A stretch of 64,000 nt of DNA. Source: Penicillus capitatus. Lineage: Eukaryota > Plantae > Chlorophyta. Where the stretch lies: assembly GCA_965649825.1 (NCBI GenBank), contig OZ287706.1, positions 744,001 to 808,000 on the forward strand, given 5' to 3'. The notes under the pieces were generated by a model. It had not been told where the DNA came from and ran no database searches. It saw only the letters and a program-made list of their open reading frames with translations. The translations under genes and the position numbers were made by a program. Positions 63,404-64,000 of the stretch are shown here, piece after piece (positions within the stretch are counted from its first letter, which is position 1; every line of letters starts with the position of its first letter).

Positions 63404-64000
63404 TCAGGGATCGAGACGATGAGATTTTGTCCCTTCGACGACCTCTCTGATCTCCGGAACGAGCCACTCCAGTTCCTCTTCGGAGAAAACGGAGGAAAGC
63501 TGGTGTTCGATGTCATTTTCGCGCAACACGAGGATCCTGTGTACATTTCCCTGCAAGTCTGTGTGCGGCAGAATCTTAAAACACACGCCCACGGTCAACA
63601 TGTGCAACAGGAATGAGGCAAACTTACTCCGACGCCGACGAGATCCGCCGTTTTCCCCTTCGTTTGTTTGACAAACAGTTTGTCCAGACGCGTCGCGGTG
63701 GACATTGCTTTGCTGGCACCATCTCCTTTTCTGCTCCTCGTCCTCGTCGTCCGCGTAATGCTGTATTCGTCGGGAGTGATGGAGAGGTTCTCGTGGAGGA
63801 ATGCAGTGCGCACGGTGGTCTTCACCAACAAGAAGCCAACAAACCAGGGAAGCGTCGAGAACAGCAGCATCAAAAAAGAAACTGCAAAACAGGACGTTCT
63901 TGCACATGAAACAGGACGCAGATTGAGAGATTACTTGCGCTTGGCGTCAAGATGGCAGCGACAAGCGCTCCGCTGCACCACAAGATCAAGAAACTGAACC
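63404..64000 (-). CDS. 3' part of a third paralog of the TM + PH-like family (5' end outside window)
   Basis: FSTLPWFVGF..AFLHENLSITPDEYSITR, GKTADL followed by an intron at the same position as in paralogs A/B, EEELEWLVPEI. Confidence 0.7.

Overview
Eukaryotic nuclear DNA from a very compact, intron-rich green alga (chlorophyte). This is inferred from plastid-targeted ClpP5, APX and HCAR, flagellar CFAP126/TTLL genes, the standard genetic code, ~45-60 nt introns and TGTAA signals after some genes; the exact taxon cannot be fixed from sequence alone. I reconstructed by hand about 36 spliced protein-coding genes, one FAN1 pseudogene and one decayed Ty3/gypsy pol fragment. I saw no rRNA, tRNA or CRISPR array. 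Housekeeping genes (DPH6, COG7, RPL12, kinesin-7, H2A.Z, RPS24, NDUFA8, PSMB1, UBLCP1, CCDC12, H4, RPS11, RUVBL1, MsrB) are packed with gaps often under 150 bp. The most unusual items are: (1) a three-member family of membrane proteins, two of which look like cyanobacterial-type Ser/Thr kinases that lost the whole catalytic C-lobe; (2) a secreted triple-trefoil/mucin-like protein; (3) a CARNMT1 gene that can be spliced in frame into the downstream calcineurin-B-like EF-hand gene; (4) a decayed FAN1 carrying an embedded phosphatidylserine-decarboxylase-like fragment; (5) a strongly divergent H3 paired with a canonical H4; (6) tandem signal-peptide ankyrin genes built from symmetric 99-nt exons; (7) a TerD-C2 fusion; (8) several GC-AG introns; and (9) over-represented CGATCG and ATGTGACG motifs. 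Exon structures and family calls come from manual reading and recalled motifs, not from database searches.
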